Counted from the stretch's first letter, positions 39,671 through 49,719 are shown. The stretch: 64,000 nucleotides of DNA from Patescibacteria group bacterium (GCA_038054875.1 JBBUJK010000029.1:7442-71441); one strand, 5' to 3'. The notes: generated by a model not told the origin, from the sequence alone. Program-made: numbers and translations.

Positions 39671-40112
39671 ACGGACCTGTATCATTCTTAAACCGGACGC
39701 ATTGCAGCGCAATCTGCTCGGCGATATCGTCCGTCGCTTCGAACTCAAGGGATTGAAGATCATCGGCATGAAGATGATCGCGCTCTCCGATGTACACCTG
39801 GACGAGCACTACGCCCATCACAAGGACAAGCCGTTCTTCGGCGATCTCAAGAAGTTCATGATGTCCTCGCCGGTCGTCGTCATGGCACTTGAGGGCGTGG
39901 ACTGTGTGAACGCGGTGCGTATCCTCGTCGGCAAGACGCGCGGCAACGAGGCGGATGCCGGATCCATTCGCGGCGACCTCTCCATGGGCACGATGAACCT
40001 GGTGCACGCCTCCGATTCTGCGGAGAACGGAGCTGCCGAGATTTCCCGTTTCTTTGCTCCAGAGGAAGTCTTCGCCTACAAGAAAATTGACGCCGACTTC
40101 ATCTACGGATAG
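39654..40112 (+). CDS. ndk: nucleoside diphosphate kinase
   Basis: ERTCIILKPDALQRNL...NLVHASDS (NxxHGSD-type active site). 152 aa from the internal ATG; overlaps the comEC end. Confidence 0.85.
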   Translation: MPNTIERTCIILKPDALQRNLLGDIVRRFELKGLKIIGMKMIALSDVHLDEHYAHHKDKPFFGDLKKFMMSSPVVVMALEGVDCVNAVRILVGKTRGNEADAGSIRGDLSMGTMNLVHASDSAENGAAEISRFFAPEEVFAYKKIDADFIYG

Positions 40113-40205
40113 ATGCCTTGCCGCCGTTTTCTTTTGCTGGTAGGTTCATTTCTTCCGTCGCGCGGTGCGATGGGAGCATGCCATGCTGCATGAGAAGGAG
40201 ACGAC

Positions 40206-41525
40206 GTGGATGATGTGACAAAACAGGTGTTGCCGCGCTTCGACGAACCGCGGACGTTCGCGAAAAAAAAGGAACGGCCGCAGTTGCGGGCCGTGGACCC
40301 GCCCGGATACGAGGAGCTGCATCCCATCTGGCCGGTGACGGCGCAGGGGTTGCGCACCTACATGCGGCTTCTCGCGGACCGCGGCGAGTGCGTGTCCTAC
40401 CCGTACCTCCATAAGCAGCGTGTCTACGCCAAGCTGCTGGAGCGGCTCCAAGCGCTTTCATCAGGAGAGCGGCCGAAGTTCCTGGCGCAGCGTGTTCGGG
40501 AGACGTACCGCGTCGATGGCGGGCTCGACGATGACGGCGTCTACGACCTGATGCGGGAATGCCTGCAGACGGCACGTGACGCGGTCACGGAGTACAACGA
40601 GAAGTTCATCCCGGAACTCTTCCGCGCGCCCTTCACTTCGGAAGGGACGCTCGAGACGAAGGTCGATCCCGTTGAGATGATGTTGGAGATCGTGGACACG
40701 CCCTGGCTGCATCTTGATCCCGGCAACGCGCGCGACTACAAGCAGCGCATTCGCCTGTTCTCGATGCGACGCGATCTGGTACTGGGCGAGCGGCTGTTCG
40801 CCATCTGGCACAAGCTGCAGGACATGACGGCCGGGCGGCCGTTCGAGAAGTACATCACCGATGTGCTGGAAGAACGGTTCTTCACCCCAGGCGTGGAACG
40901 CCAATTCCAAGTCCGCGTCCTGATCGATCGCGAGACGGGCGATCCGCTCCGCGTACTCGGTCCGCAGGAATCAGCAGACGGCGGGGAGTTCATTCCCGTG
41001 CCCATGCCATGCCGCTACTTCAAGGATCGCTTCGGTCGCGAACTGCCGGTCTTCTTCGATCCCGGACAGAAGAAGCCGGACGAAGTGCTGTTCAAGATGA
41101 TGGAGCGCGGCATCACGGATCCGCTCAAGCTCCACGACTTGTTCCGTTTCCAGCTGGTGTTCCGGGATGAGTGCGAACTCGGCCTCGGCATCCAGGCGCT
41201 CGTGGAACGGGTGTTCCCGATGGTCGGCGCCATGAGCGACATCAAGGATACGCGGCGCGACAACGGCGATCGGGGAAATCCGATCTCGGCCAACGACTAC
41301 CGGGTCATCTACGTGGACTTCACCTACGGCGGATACGTCTTCGAAGGGCAGTTTCATGACTTCGAGAACTACGTTCGTTCGCGGTCCTCGAAGGGTCCGG
41401 TCAACCACCGGCAGTACAAGCGGCGGCGCGCAGGCAGGGTGTTGCCACTGCTGAATCCGGCGGAAATCTTCGGGGTGGATTGGGCGGATCCCGACATCGC
41501 CGCACAGGTGCTCGCCGGCGGGTAA
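40206..41525 (+). CDS. divergent RelA/SpoT-like nucleotidyltransferase-fold protein with long N-terminal extension
   Basis: The C-terminal 160 aa align to the small alarmone synthetase synthetase-domain core: FKMMERGIT (cf. KEKMARRGIT), HDLFRFQLVFRD (Syn2 position), DIKDTRRDNG..YRVIY (Syn3), FEGQFHDFENY (ExQxR/H Syn4). The key G/R of Syn2 are substituted. Confidence 0.4.
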   Translation: MDDVTKQVLPRFDEPRTFAKKKERPQLRAVDPPGYEELHPIWPVTAQGLRTYMRLLADRGECVSYPYLHKQRVYAKLLERLQALSSGERPKFLAQRVRETYRVDGGLDDDGVYDLMRECLQTARDAVTEYNEKFIPELFRAPFTSEGTLETKVDPVEMMLEIVDTPWLHLDPGNARDYKQRIRLFSMRRDLVLGERLFAIWHKLQDMTAGRPFEKYITDVLEERFFTPGVERQFQVRVLIDRETGDPLRVLGPQESADGGEFIPVPMPCRYFKDRFGRELPVFFDPGQKKPDEVLFKMMERGITDPLKLHDLFRFQLVFRDECELGLGIQALVERVFPMVGAMSDIKDTRRDNGDRGNPISANDYRVIYVDFTYGGYVFEGQFHDFENYVRSRSSKGPVNHRQYKRRRAGRVLPLLNPAEIFGVDWADPDIAAQVLAGG

Positions 41526-41602
41526 TGCCGCGGCTCGCGGTCCGTATCAGGACCCCGGGCCGCCTTTTTTATTCCGGCCATTTCTGCTAGCATGTCCCGC
41601 GT

Positions 41603-43516
41603 ATGAAGAAACGAACTTTTCTCGCCGTCTTTCTCCTCGTGCTCGTCGCAGCTGTCGTGGGCGGACTGAACGCCTGGGCATTGTCGGCGCCCGCGGAGCG
41701 CGGCGTGCCGATCGCAACGGTAACGGTCGACGAAGGAGAGGCGTTCCTGCGGCACGGTGCCGGATCCTGGGAACCGGTCGCGGCCGATGCGGCGCTGGCC
41801 GAAGGAGATCAGGTGAAAACCAACATCAAGAGCCAGGCGACGATCAATTTCTTTGACGGCGCCACGGCACGGCTCGATGAGGACAGCGAAGTTGTCATAC
41901 GCGAGCTCACGATGGATGCGGATAATCATGCGAGTTCCCGCGTAACGCTCGCGGTGACTGCCGGGCGCGTCTGGTCGCGCGTCGTGAAAATTCTCGACCG
42001 CGATGCAACCTACAGCGTGCAATCCTCGACTGTTGTTGCCACGGTGCGCGGCACGACCTTTGTGGCTGATGTTTCGAGTCCTGACGGTGACGCCATGCAA
42101 GTCGCCGATGGTCTTGTCCGTGTTGCCCGCGCGCCGAACACACCCACGGAACCGGCTTGGGAAGACGTCCGCTCCGGCGAGGAAGCATGGATGCCAAAGA
42201 AGGGCGGGGTCGCCGCCGCAGACAAGCTGGTTCGTCGCGCCATGGCCGAGCGTTTTCGTAGCTCGGCGTGGTTCCGCAAGAACCAAGCCGCGGACGAAGT
42301 GTTTTTGAATTATGTGAAGCAGCAGCGTGAGCGGATTCTTTCCGGCGCTGCGCGGACCCTGCCGGGAACACCGCACCACGCGCTTCAGGGATTTGGTGAG
42401 CGGCTTCGCCTGGCGCTCACGACCGATTCCGATGCGCGGCGCAATTTGCGCATGGCATACGAGGACCGCCGTTTTGCGGAAACTGTGCTTTTGGCGCGCG
42501 CCGGCAAGACAGATGCGGCCATGCGTTCCTGGTCCCGCTACCTCGACGGGTTCCGCGCCATGCAGCGCGAGATCGGCGTCGGAAAGATGGAACAAAAGAA
42601 GACGCGCACGATTATTAAGCAGATGGTCGGCCGCATGGCTGAACACCGCATGCTCATCGCCGCCTTGAACGGCGAAGGGGTGCAGGTGCCGGACACGTTG
42701 CGCGACCGCATCATGGGCGAGCGTTCCGAGATGGGCGACATGCTGTCCGCGCTCCAGGTGATGGATCCGGATGCCTTCGGCACCGCAGTGCCGGTTCGCT
42801 TCCGTCCGCTTGATGCACCGCGCGTCGACACCGCGACCACGACGGAACCGACGGTCATTGATGATACGAAGAATCTTCCGACGACGAACACCAACACGAA
42901 TACCAACAAACCGGTCAACACGAACACGAACGTTCCGACGAATACGAACACGAATATTCCCGTGACCGGACCTACGGCACAATCGCTTGCCGTCATTGGC
43001 ACGCGCACGCTCATGAACATTCCGGACTCCCAGCAGTTCCGGGCGATGCTCTCGATGAGCGACGGCTCGACCAGCGACGTAACCGTCGACGCCCAGTGGG
43101 AACTTGTCGGCGACGCCATTGGGACGCTCGCGCGCGGCTATCTCACAACCGCGGCGCTTGGCAGCGCCAGCGTGCACGCCACGTATGCCGGCTTCACGGG
43201 CAGCTACAACATCCGCACCATCCAACAGGCGCCGACGCAGGCGACGCTCCAGAGCGTGACGGTTTCACCCGCCTCGGCATCGCTCAAGAACGGCCAGCAG
43301 CAGGCCTTCAGCGCCACTGCCTCGTACAGCGACGGCTCGACCCGCGATGTCACCGCTCAGGCAGCCTGGTCGCAGTCGAATCCGGCGGCCGGTACGCTCA
43401 CGGGGAACGTCTTCGTCGTGAGTTATCAGTTCCAGGCGCAAGCGACGACGATCACGGCACGCTACACCGACGGCATCACCGTCTCTGGAACGGCGAACGT
43501 GTCCGTTGGTCCGTAA
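41603..43516 (+). CDS. FecR-domain membrane-anchored protein with NTNTN low-complexity linker and two Big_2 Ig-like domains
   Basis: N-terminal TM helix; FecR-like segment TVDEGEAFLRHGAGSWEPVAADAALAEGDQVKT; C-terminal Big_2 patterns (VTVSPASASLKNGQQQAFSATASYSDGSTRDVT). Confidence 0.6.
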   Translation: MKKRTFLAVFLLVLVAAVVGGLNAWALSAPAERGVPIATVTVDEGEAFLRHGAGSWEPVAADAALAEGDQVKTNIKSQATINFFDGATARLDEDSEVVIRELTMDADNHASSRVTLAVTAGRVWSRVVKILDRDATYSVQSSTVVATVRGTTFVADVSSPDGDAMQVADGLVRVARAPNTPTEPAWEDVRSGEEAWMPKKGGVAAADKLVRRAMAERFRSSAWFRKNQAADEVFLNYVKQQRERILSGAARTLPGTPHHALQGFGERLRLALTTDSDARRNLRMAYEDRRFAETVLLARAGKTDAAMRSWSRYLDGFRAMQREIGVGKMEQKKTRTIIKQMVGRMAEHRMLIAALNGEGVQVPDTLRDRIMGERSEMGDMLSALQVMDPDAFGTAVPVRFRPLDAPRVDTATTTEPTVIDDTKNLPTTNTNTNTNKPVNTNTNVPTNTNTNIPVTGPTAQSLAVIGTRTLMNIPDSQQFRAMLSMSDGSTSDVTVDAQWELVGDAIGTLARGYLTTAALGSASVHATYAGFTGSYNIRTIQQAPTQATLQSVTVSPASASLKNGQQQAFSATASYSDGSTRDVTAQAAWSQSNPAAGTLTGNVFVVSYQFQAQATTITARYTDGITVSGTANVSVGP

Positions 43517-45512
43517 TCGTATGGCACGCCTCGGTCCTTTCCGCGCCGTTCTCTTCACCGCCGCCCTCGCGGCGGTGTTGGTTGTGTGCGCGCGTCTCGG
43601 ATTTTTTCAGTCGGCGCAGAGACTCTTGTCCGACGCGTTGTTCATTGGGTATGCACCGCCGCAGAATATCGTGATCGTGGGTATCGACGACGCCTCGATC
43701 CGCGAGATCGGCCGCTTTCCCTGGCGGCGCAGCGTGCATGCCGCGCTCATCCAGAAACTCACCGAGTCCGGCGCCCGCGCCGTCGGCTACGACGTGAATT
43801 TTCCGGAACCAACCTGCGCAAAAGGGGAGACTGGCACGGCCTGTGGCGACGACGCCACACTCGCCGCTGCATTGCGCGAGGCGGGCAACGTCGTCCTGCC
43901 GCTTGAAGCAACGTTCGTGCAGACATCCGGCGAATCATCGCCCCTTGCCGTGCGGCCGATTGCGCCCATTCCAGAACTCACCGCTGTGGCGCCGCTCGGA
44001 TTTGTGAATACGCCGCCGGATGCTGATGGCGTCTTCCGCCGCGTGCCGCTGTCCGTGCGCGGCGTGTCTGCGGAGCGCAATCGGCCGATGTTCCGCGCCG
44101 TGCTCGAGACCGCCTTTCCCGGGCGGGAATTTTCGCAGACGGAAGGATCGTTCATCGTGAATTTCGCCGGGCCCAAGGGAACGTTCCGGACCGTCTCGTT
44201 CGCTGATGTGCTGAACGGCCGCTTCGACGCCACGATGTTTAAGGACGTCATCGTGCTTGTGGGCGCCACGGCACCGGATCTTCACGATGTGCTGACAACG
44301 CCCACGGCCAAACGCGACCCGATGTCCGGGATCGAAGTGCACGCCAACGCCATTGCCACGGAACTGTCCGGACACCACCTGCGTGATCTGCCGCCGCTCG
44401 TGCGTGATGCACTCATCGTATTGTTTTGCGCCTTGGCCGCGGCAACCATGCTGCGCCTGCGTTTACGCACGGCCTGGCTCATCGTCGGCGGCACGTTCGT
44501 CCTCTACATCCTGGCAATGCTCGCACTTTTCGACGCCGGCATTGTCGGCGATCTGTTCTACCCGCCGCTCGCGCTTGTGCTTGCCTCCGGTTTGACCATG
44601 GCCGAGCGCACGCTTCGGGAAAAGGCGGAACATCTGCGGACCCGCACCGTACTCGAACGCTACGTCTCCAGCGCCGTGGTGCGCGATCTCATGGCGCATC
44701 CGGAAAAGCTGGAACTCGGCGGCGAGCGTCGCGAGATGACCGTGCTCTTTTCCGACCTGCGTGGATTCACCTCCATTTCAGAAAAGCTGTCGCCGGAAGA
44801 TCTTGTTGCCGTGCTGAACATCTACCTCGATGTGATGACCGAACTCGTCTTCGCGCATGAGGGCGTGCTCGACAAATACATGGGCGACGCCATCATGGCC
44901 TTCTGGGGCGCGCCCTACGACGACGTGAAGCACGCCATGCATGCGGTTGAAACAGGACTTGCGATGCGCACGCGCCTGACCGAGATGAACGCGCGAGGCG
45001 CATTTCCGGAAGGTGTGATCTTGAAACTTGGCATCGGCGTCAACTCCGGGCAGATGGTCGTCGGCAACATGGGATCGAAGAATCGTTTCGACTACACCGT
45101 CATGGGCGACGCCGTAAATCTTGGCGCGCGGCTCGAGGGGTTGAATAAAGATTACGGCACAGAGGTCATTGTTTCCGAGAGCACCAAGAAATTGATCGGT
45201 CACGGCTATTTGCTGCGTCCGCTCGACCGCGTGGCGGTCAAAGGCAAGAAAGAGCCGATTGATATTTACGAAGTGGTCTGCGGCGCAAACGAAGCGAGCG
45301 ACGCCCAGAAGATGTTCGTGAAGCATTTCGCCGACGCGCGCGACCTCTACCTCGCCCGGAAGTTTTCGGACGCCCGTGACGCTTTCCATGTCATAGCCCA
45401 CGTCCGCACCGACGACCTCTCCCTCCAGAATTACATCGCGCGCTGCGAACAGTTCCTGGAAGTTCCGCCGCCTGCCGACTGGGATGGGACACTGGTGAAG
45501 AAGACGAAGTGA
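43506..45512 (+). CDS. CHASE2-sensor class III adenylate/guanylate cyclase
   Basis: Periplasmic CHASE2-like region between TM helices, then cyclase domain (TVLFSDLRGFTSISEKL...MGDAVNLGARLEG). The start overlaps the upstream FecR gene. Confidence 0.8.
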   Translation: MVRNRMARLGPFRAVLFTAALAAVLVVCARLGFFQSAQRLLSDALFIGYAPPQNIVIVGIDDASIREIGRFPWRRSVHAALIQKLTESGARAVGYDVNFPEPTCAKGETGTACGDDATLAAALREAGNVVLPLEATFVQTSGESSPLAVRPIAPIPELTAVAPLGFVNTPPDADGVFRRVPLSVRGVSAERNRPMFRAVLETAFPGREFSQTEGSFIVNFAGPKGTFRTVSFADVLNGRFDATMFKDVIVLVGATAPDLHDVLTTPTAKRDPMSGIEVHANAIATELSGHHLRDLPPLVRDALIVLFCALAAATMLRLRLRTAWLIVGGTFVLYILAMLALFDAGIVGDLFYPPLALVLASGLTMAERTLREKAEHLRTRTVLERYVSSAVVRDLMAHPEKLELGGERREMTVLFSDLRGFTSISEKLSPEDLVAVLNIYLDVMTELVFAHEGVLDKYMGDAIMAFWGAPYDDVKHAMHAVETGLAMRTRLTEMNARGAFPEGVILKLGIGVNSGQMVVGNMGSKNRFDYTVMGDAVNLGARLEGLNKDYGTEVIVSESTKKLIGHGYLLRPLDRVAVKGKKEPIDIYEVVCGANEASDAQKMFVKHFADARDLYLARKFSDARDAFHVIAHVRTDDLSLQNYIARCEQFLEVPPPADWDGTLVKKTK

Positions 45513-45834
45513 TCCTGCCGCGCCGCTCTTTAATACTGGACAAAGCGAGATATTCGGGCTATGTTGGGGGTAGCCTCATGTGCTCTCTGGCATTGGTTTC
45601 GGGACAATCCTACTTCATTGGGAGTCCCTTTCCGCGGTCTTTCTGACCAGGTCTCCGGGCTCGGCCGGGACGATACGCGCAAGGGATGCGGTCCCCGCAC
45701 CACGGGGAATCCACCGCGCCTTTTTATCCGTCGTCCGTGGACGTCGGATGCGGGCACCCACGTGGCTTTTAGCCGAAACCAGTATCAGCACGAGTCGTGA
45801 GGCCTTTAAGTTCCAAATACCGTAATCGCTTTTC

Positions 45835-47433
45835 ATGAATCCACAATCGTTTTCCGAACTCGGCTTGCCCCCGTTGCTTCTGAGGAACGTCGCCGCTGCA
45901 GCGTACGAATCTCCGACGCCGATTCAGGCGCAGGCGATTCCGCCGGGCATTGCCGGCCGTGACGTGGTGGGCATTGCCCAGACCGGCACCGGCAAGACCG
46001 CCGCGTTCGCCCTTCCCATGCTCATGCGCCTCGCAGGCAAGAAGGGAACCGTCGGACTGATCCTCGCGCCGACGCGTGAACTTGCGCTCCAGATTGATGA
46101 ATCGTTCACCAAGCTCGCCAAAGGCGTGCCGCTGCGCCGTGCCGTTGTGATCGGCGGCGCCGGCATGGGGCCGCAGACTGCCGCCCTGCGTTCCGGCGTC
46201 AACATTGTCATCGCCACGCCGGGCCGGTTGATCGACCATCTCGACCGCCGCATCGCCGACTTTTCCAAGCTTGAAATGATCGTGCTCGACGAAGCAGACC
46301 GCATGCTCGACATGGGATTCTGGCCGCAGATCCGTCGAATTTTTTCGGCGCTCCCCAAGCAACGCCAGACCATGCTTTTTTCGGCGACCATGCTGCCGGA
46401 AGTGGTGCAGCTCGCCAACCAGCAGCTGCATGATCCGGTGCGCATTGAGATCGCCCGGTCCGGACAGACCGCCGAAGGCATCACCCAGCGCATCTTCTTC
46501 GCCGACGACAAAATGAAAATGCCGCTTCTTCTGTGGTTGCTCGGCGAGGAGCCGGGATCGGTGCTCGTGTTCACGCGCACCAAGCATCGCGCCGACAAAG
46601 TGGCGCACCTGATTGCCAATGCCGGGCATAAGGTCGAACGCATCCACTCCAACCGCAGTCTGAACCAGCGTCTGCGCGCGCTTGAGGGTTTTAAGACCGG
46701 CAGGCATCGCATACTCGTGGCGACCGATATCGCCGCCCGTGGCATCGACGTCGCGAACATCGCGCATATCGTGAACTTCGATCTGCCGTCCGTTTCCGAG
46801 GACTACGTGCACCGTATTGGCCGCACCGCGCGCGCCACGGCGACCGGCCGAGCAACGAGCTTCGTCTCGCCGGATCAGCGGAAATTGCTTGGGCCGATCG
46901 AGCGGCTTATCCGCCAACAGATTCCGGTGGCACCGCTGCCCGAAGGTTTGCAGGCATTGGCCGGCTCTTCCGCCATGCCCGTCGACAGACAGCAGCGCGG
47001 ATTTCAGCGGCGCCCGCTGGCACCAACCCACCGTTCGGACATGGGCGGTGCGCAGCGCATGGCGTCGCCAGGATTCCGTCGTGGGGGAACGCCATCTGGT
47101 CCGCCGGATGAGAGCTGGGGCTTCATGCCCGGCACGTTGCGCGGCAAGCGCCGAGCTCAGCTCGGCTCCGGCCGCCCCGGCGGCCCGCCCCCGCGCCGCT
47201 ACGGCGCCGACCAGCGTCCACGTCCGAGCGGCGGGCAACAGTCGAGCTCAGCTCGACAACAGCAACCACCCCAGATCGACATGACCATTCCCGGCACCGG
47301 CGCATTTTGGGAAACGCGTCGCCCCATTGGTCCGGCGCCCGGCGCCCGTCCAGGTGGCCGCGGCGGTCGCGGCGGACAGAACAACCGCGGCGGACGTAGC
47401 GGAAGTGGCGGCGGACGCGGTCATCGTCGCTAA
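45835..47433 (+). CDS. DEAD-box ATP-dependent RNA helicase with RGG-rich C-terminal tail
   Basis: Q-motif, AQTGTGKT, DEAD, SAT and HRIGRTAR motifs, then a C-terminal GRGGRGGQNNRGGRSGSGGGRGHRR tail. Confidence 0.9.
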   Translation: MNPQSFSELGLPPLLLRNVAAAAYESPTPIQAQAIPPGIAGRDVVGIAQTGTGKTAAFALPMLMRLAGKKGTVGLILAPTRELALQIDESFTKLAKGVPLRRAVVIGGAGMGPQTAALRSGVNIVIATPGRLIDHLDRRIADFSKLEMIVLDEADRMLDMGFWPQIRRIFSALPKQRQTMLFSATMLPEVVQLANQQLHDPVRIEIARSGQTAEGITQRIFFADDKMKMPLLLWLLGEEPGSVLVFTRTKHRADKVAHLIANAGHKVERIHSNRSLNQRLRALEGFKTGRHRILVATDIAARGIDVANIAHIVNFDLPSVSEDYVHRIGRTARATATGRATSFVSPDQRKLLGPIERLIRQQIPVAPLPEGLQALAGSSAMPVDRQQRGFQRRPLAPTHRSDMGGAQRMASPGFRRGGTPSGPPDESWGFMPGTLRGKRRAQLGSGRPGGPPPRRYGADQRPRPSGGQQSSSARQQQPPQIDMTIPGTGAFWETRRPIGPAPGARPGGRGGRGGQNNRGGRSGSGGGRGHRR

Positions 47434-47436
47434 CAC

Positions 47437-48113
47437 GTGCCTATGGCACACCCTATTTCGGTCGGTTCGGCGTTTTCCCGCGGCTGGGAGGCTTTTGCCA
47501 AACGGCCGCTGTTCTTCGTCGGCGTGCTGCTTCTTGTTTTTGTCATCGGCGCAGCCCTGCAGATTCCGTCGGTCGTGATCGACGTGCTCACTCCGGACAA
47601 CGTCAAGAAGATCGATGCTGCTTCGCTACCGTTGTTCCTCATTGGCGGGTGGTTCACGCTGGTGTTCAGTCTGATCGGTTGGAGCGTACAGCACTCTCGA
47701 CCGGCGTGATGCAGTTGACCCTCGACGCTGCGGTCGGACGTCCGTACACGTTGAAGGCGCTCCTTGTGGAACCGAAAATTTTCTTGAATGCGATCTTAGC
47801 GTCGAGCATTGTCGGTATTCTCGTGCTCGTCGGCCTGCTCTTTTTCATCATCCCCGGTATCTATTTCAGCCTGGCATTTGCGCCGGTGATCTACGTCGTT
47901 CTGGACCAGAAGCTCGGACCGGTCGATGCAGTGCAGCGCTGCTGGAACCTGACCAAAGGCAACCGCGGTCGGATATTCCTGTTCGGTCTGGCTTCGTTCG
48001 GCATCAACCTGCTCGGCATCCTCGCGCTCGGCATCGGCTTGCTCGTCACGGCACCGTTCACCTGGCTGGCCATGGCCGACGTGTACCGGCAACTGGCGGA
48101 CAAGAAATCCTGA
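47437..48113 (+). pseudogene. DUF975-like polytopic membrane protein, apparently frameshifted near 47690
   Basis: Two overlapping ORFs (47437..47709 and 47649..48113) in different frames together encode one multi-TM protein. The shift falls inside a TM helix. Confidence 0.35.
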
Positions 48114-48120
48114 ATACAAA

Positions 48121-48147
48121 ATCCCCCTCCGGAAAGGAGGGGGATTT
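48121..48147. terminator. terminator hairpin CCCCCTCC ggaaa GGAGGGGG TTTT
   Basis: Perfect 8-bp stem plus T-tract between the membrane-protein gene and tRNA-Pro. Confidence 0.6.
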
Positions 48148-48223
48148 TGGTCGGGCTAGCGGGACTCGAACCCGCGGCCTCTTGCACCCCATGCAAGCGC
48201 GCTACCAGCTGCGCCATAGCCCG
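48148..48223 (-). tRNA. tRNA-Pro (anticodon GGG)
   Basis: CGGGCTA-TG-GCGC..GCGC-G-CTTGC[ATGGGGT]GCAAG..GCGGG[TTCGAGT]CCCGC-TAGCCCG-A-CCA. Confidence 0.8.
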
Positions 48224-48279
48224 AAGATGATGCGTGGGGAGTATAATGAAGGCAGAAGCATTCGTACATCCCCCACCCC

Positions 48280-48729
48280 ATGCTTATTTTGCGCATCCTT
48301 GGTTATATCTTCGCCAGCATCGCTCTATTGGCCCTGCTGCTCTATGTGTTTTTAAATGTGCATCCGGCTGCCTGGGAGTACGCGCGGCAATTTTCCGCCG
48401 GTCGCGCGCCGGATTCACTCGTGGGCGTCTATGATGGCACGCTTCTTGCACCGCCGCTGTCGACAACCTGGAAAGGCAAAGTGTTTCGCGCCGATGGCAC
48501 GGGCGTGAACCGAATAGGGGATGCGGAACAGTATCCGTTTCATCACGAGGTGCGTAATGGCCGTCTAGTCATCGATTACACGCGCGATGCTAATCCATGG
48601 TGGCTGAAGCTGACGGAAGATCAGATTGTGGTGCAGGAGGACGGTGCGTTTCTTGGCCGCATCACGTTGCGCATTGGTGGTTGGCGCATGCCGCTCGGCT
48701 GGTTCACCATCGTCCCTGCCGCGCCCTGA
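48280..48729 (+). CDS. hypothetical membrane-anchored protein (149 aa)
   Basis: N-terminal TM helix ILGYIFASIALLALLLYVF. No recognised domain. Confidence 0.4.
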   Translation: MLILRILGYIFASIALLALLLYVFLNVHPAAWEYARQFSAGRAPDSLVGVYDGTLLAPPLSTTWKGKVFRADGTGVNRIGDAEQYPFHHEVRNGRLVIDYTRDANPWWLKLTEDQIVVQEDGAFLGRITLRIGGWRMPLGWFTIVPAAP

Positions 48730-48779
48730 GCGCATATCAAAAATCCTCCGCATGTGCGGAGGATTTTTTGCGTGCAGCG

Positions 48780-48962
48780 TTAGGTCTTCTTCAATGCCTT
48801 GGCCTGGGTCTTGAGGCAGCGGGTGCAGACCCTGATGGTCTTGCCAACGAAGTGCCTCACCTGCAGGTTCACAAACCGGCGGTGCTTGGTCTTGACGTTG
48901 GAGTGGCTGCGGGTCGCGCTCATGATCGGGCCGCGGCCACAGGTGTCGCAAATACGCGCCAT
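48780..48962 (-). CDS. rpmB: 50S ribosomal protein L28
   Basis: MARICDTCGRGPIMSATRSHSNVKTKRRF..RVCTRCLKT matches the L28 Zn-ribbon pattern. Start placed at the internal ATG. Confidence 0.75.
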   Translation of the reverse strand: MARICDTCGRGPIMSATRSHSNVKTKHRRFVNLQVRHFVGKTIRVCTRCLKTQAKALKKT

Positions 48963-49021
48963 AGGAGGAGGATTGAATGCCGGCATATGCTATCATTGCG
49001 GAAACGCTTTGGCAACCCCCT

Positions 49022-49702
49022 ATGGAGACCATCATCCTGCGCGTGCCTTACTATCTGGATTTCGCGGCTCCGCTCGCCATCCTTCTCTGGTTGGCGGCGA
49101 TTGTCCTCGCGCTGTCGCTCCACGAGTTCTGCCACGCGCTCGCGGCAACGTTGCTCGGAGACCAGACGGCGCGTTTGGCCGGGCGACTTTCGCTGAATCC
49201 GCTGGTCCACGTCGACCCGCTCGGCATGGTCATGGCCGTCGTTGCCGGTTTTGGGTGGGCACGACCAGTCCCGTTCAATCCCTACAATCTTCGGGTCCAG
49301 CAGTGGGGACCGACTCTCGTTGCCGTGGCCGGACCGGTCTCGAACTTCCTTCAAGCTACCGTTGCAGGCATCGCCATTCGGTTGGCCACAGGTGCCGGGG
49401 TTCCGGAATCGAACCTGCTGATGATATTCCTCGGCTACTACTTCCTGATCAACGTCGGCCTGTTCTTCTTCAACCTCCTGCCCATTCCGCCGCTCGACGG
49501 CTCCAAGTTCCTGCTCGACCTGCTCGCCGGCCCCCAGTACGCCCGAGCCCGGTTTTTCCTTGAAACCAAGGGTCCGCTCATTCTCCTCTTGATCCTTTCC
49601 CTCCAGTATTTGATTGGAATTTCGGTCTTCGGGATCCTCTTCTCCCTGGTCTACCGGTACATCTTTTTCCCGCTATTCGGGATCGTGGTGCAGGTGCTAT
49701 AA
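49022..49702 (+). CDS. site-2 protease family (peptidase M50) membrane metalloprotease
   Basis: HExxH (LHEFCHAL) in TM1 and NLLPIPPLDG in a later TM segment. Confidence 0.75.
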   Translation: METIILRVPYYLDFAAPLAILLWLAAIVLALSLHEFCHALAATLLGDQTARLAGRLSLNPLVHVDPLGMVMAVVAGFGWARPVPFNPYNLRVQQWGPTLVAVAGPVSNFLQATVAGIAIRLATGAGVPESNLLMIFLGYYFLINVGLFFFNLLPIPPLDGSKFLLDLLAGPQYARARFFLETKGPLILLLILSLQYLIGISVFGILFSLVYRYIFFPLFGIVVQVL

Positions 49703-49719
49703 CGTCATATATATCTTGA

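Noticed and set aside
42840-42960. Periodic AACACGAAC / ACGAATACGAAC nucleotide repeats (possible CRISPR or tandem-repeat locus)
   Set aside because: They lie in-frame inside the FecR-domain gene and encode an NTNTNTN low-complexity linker. There are no spacer-like unique segments.
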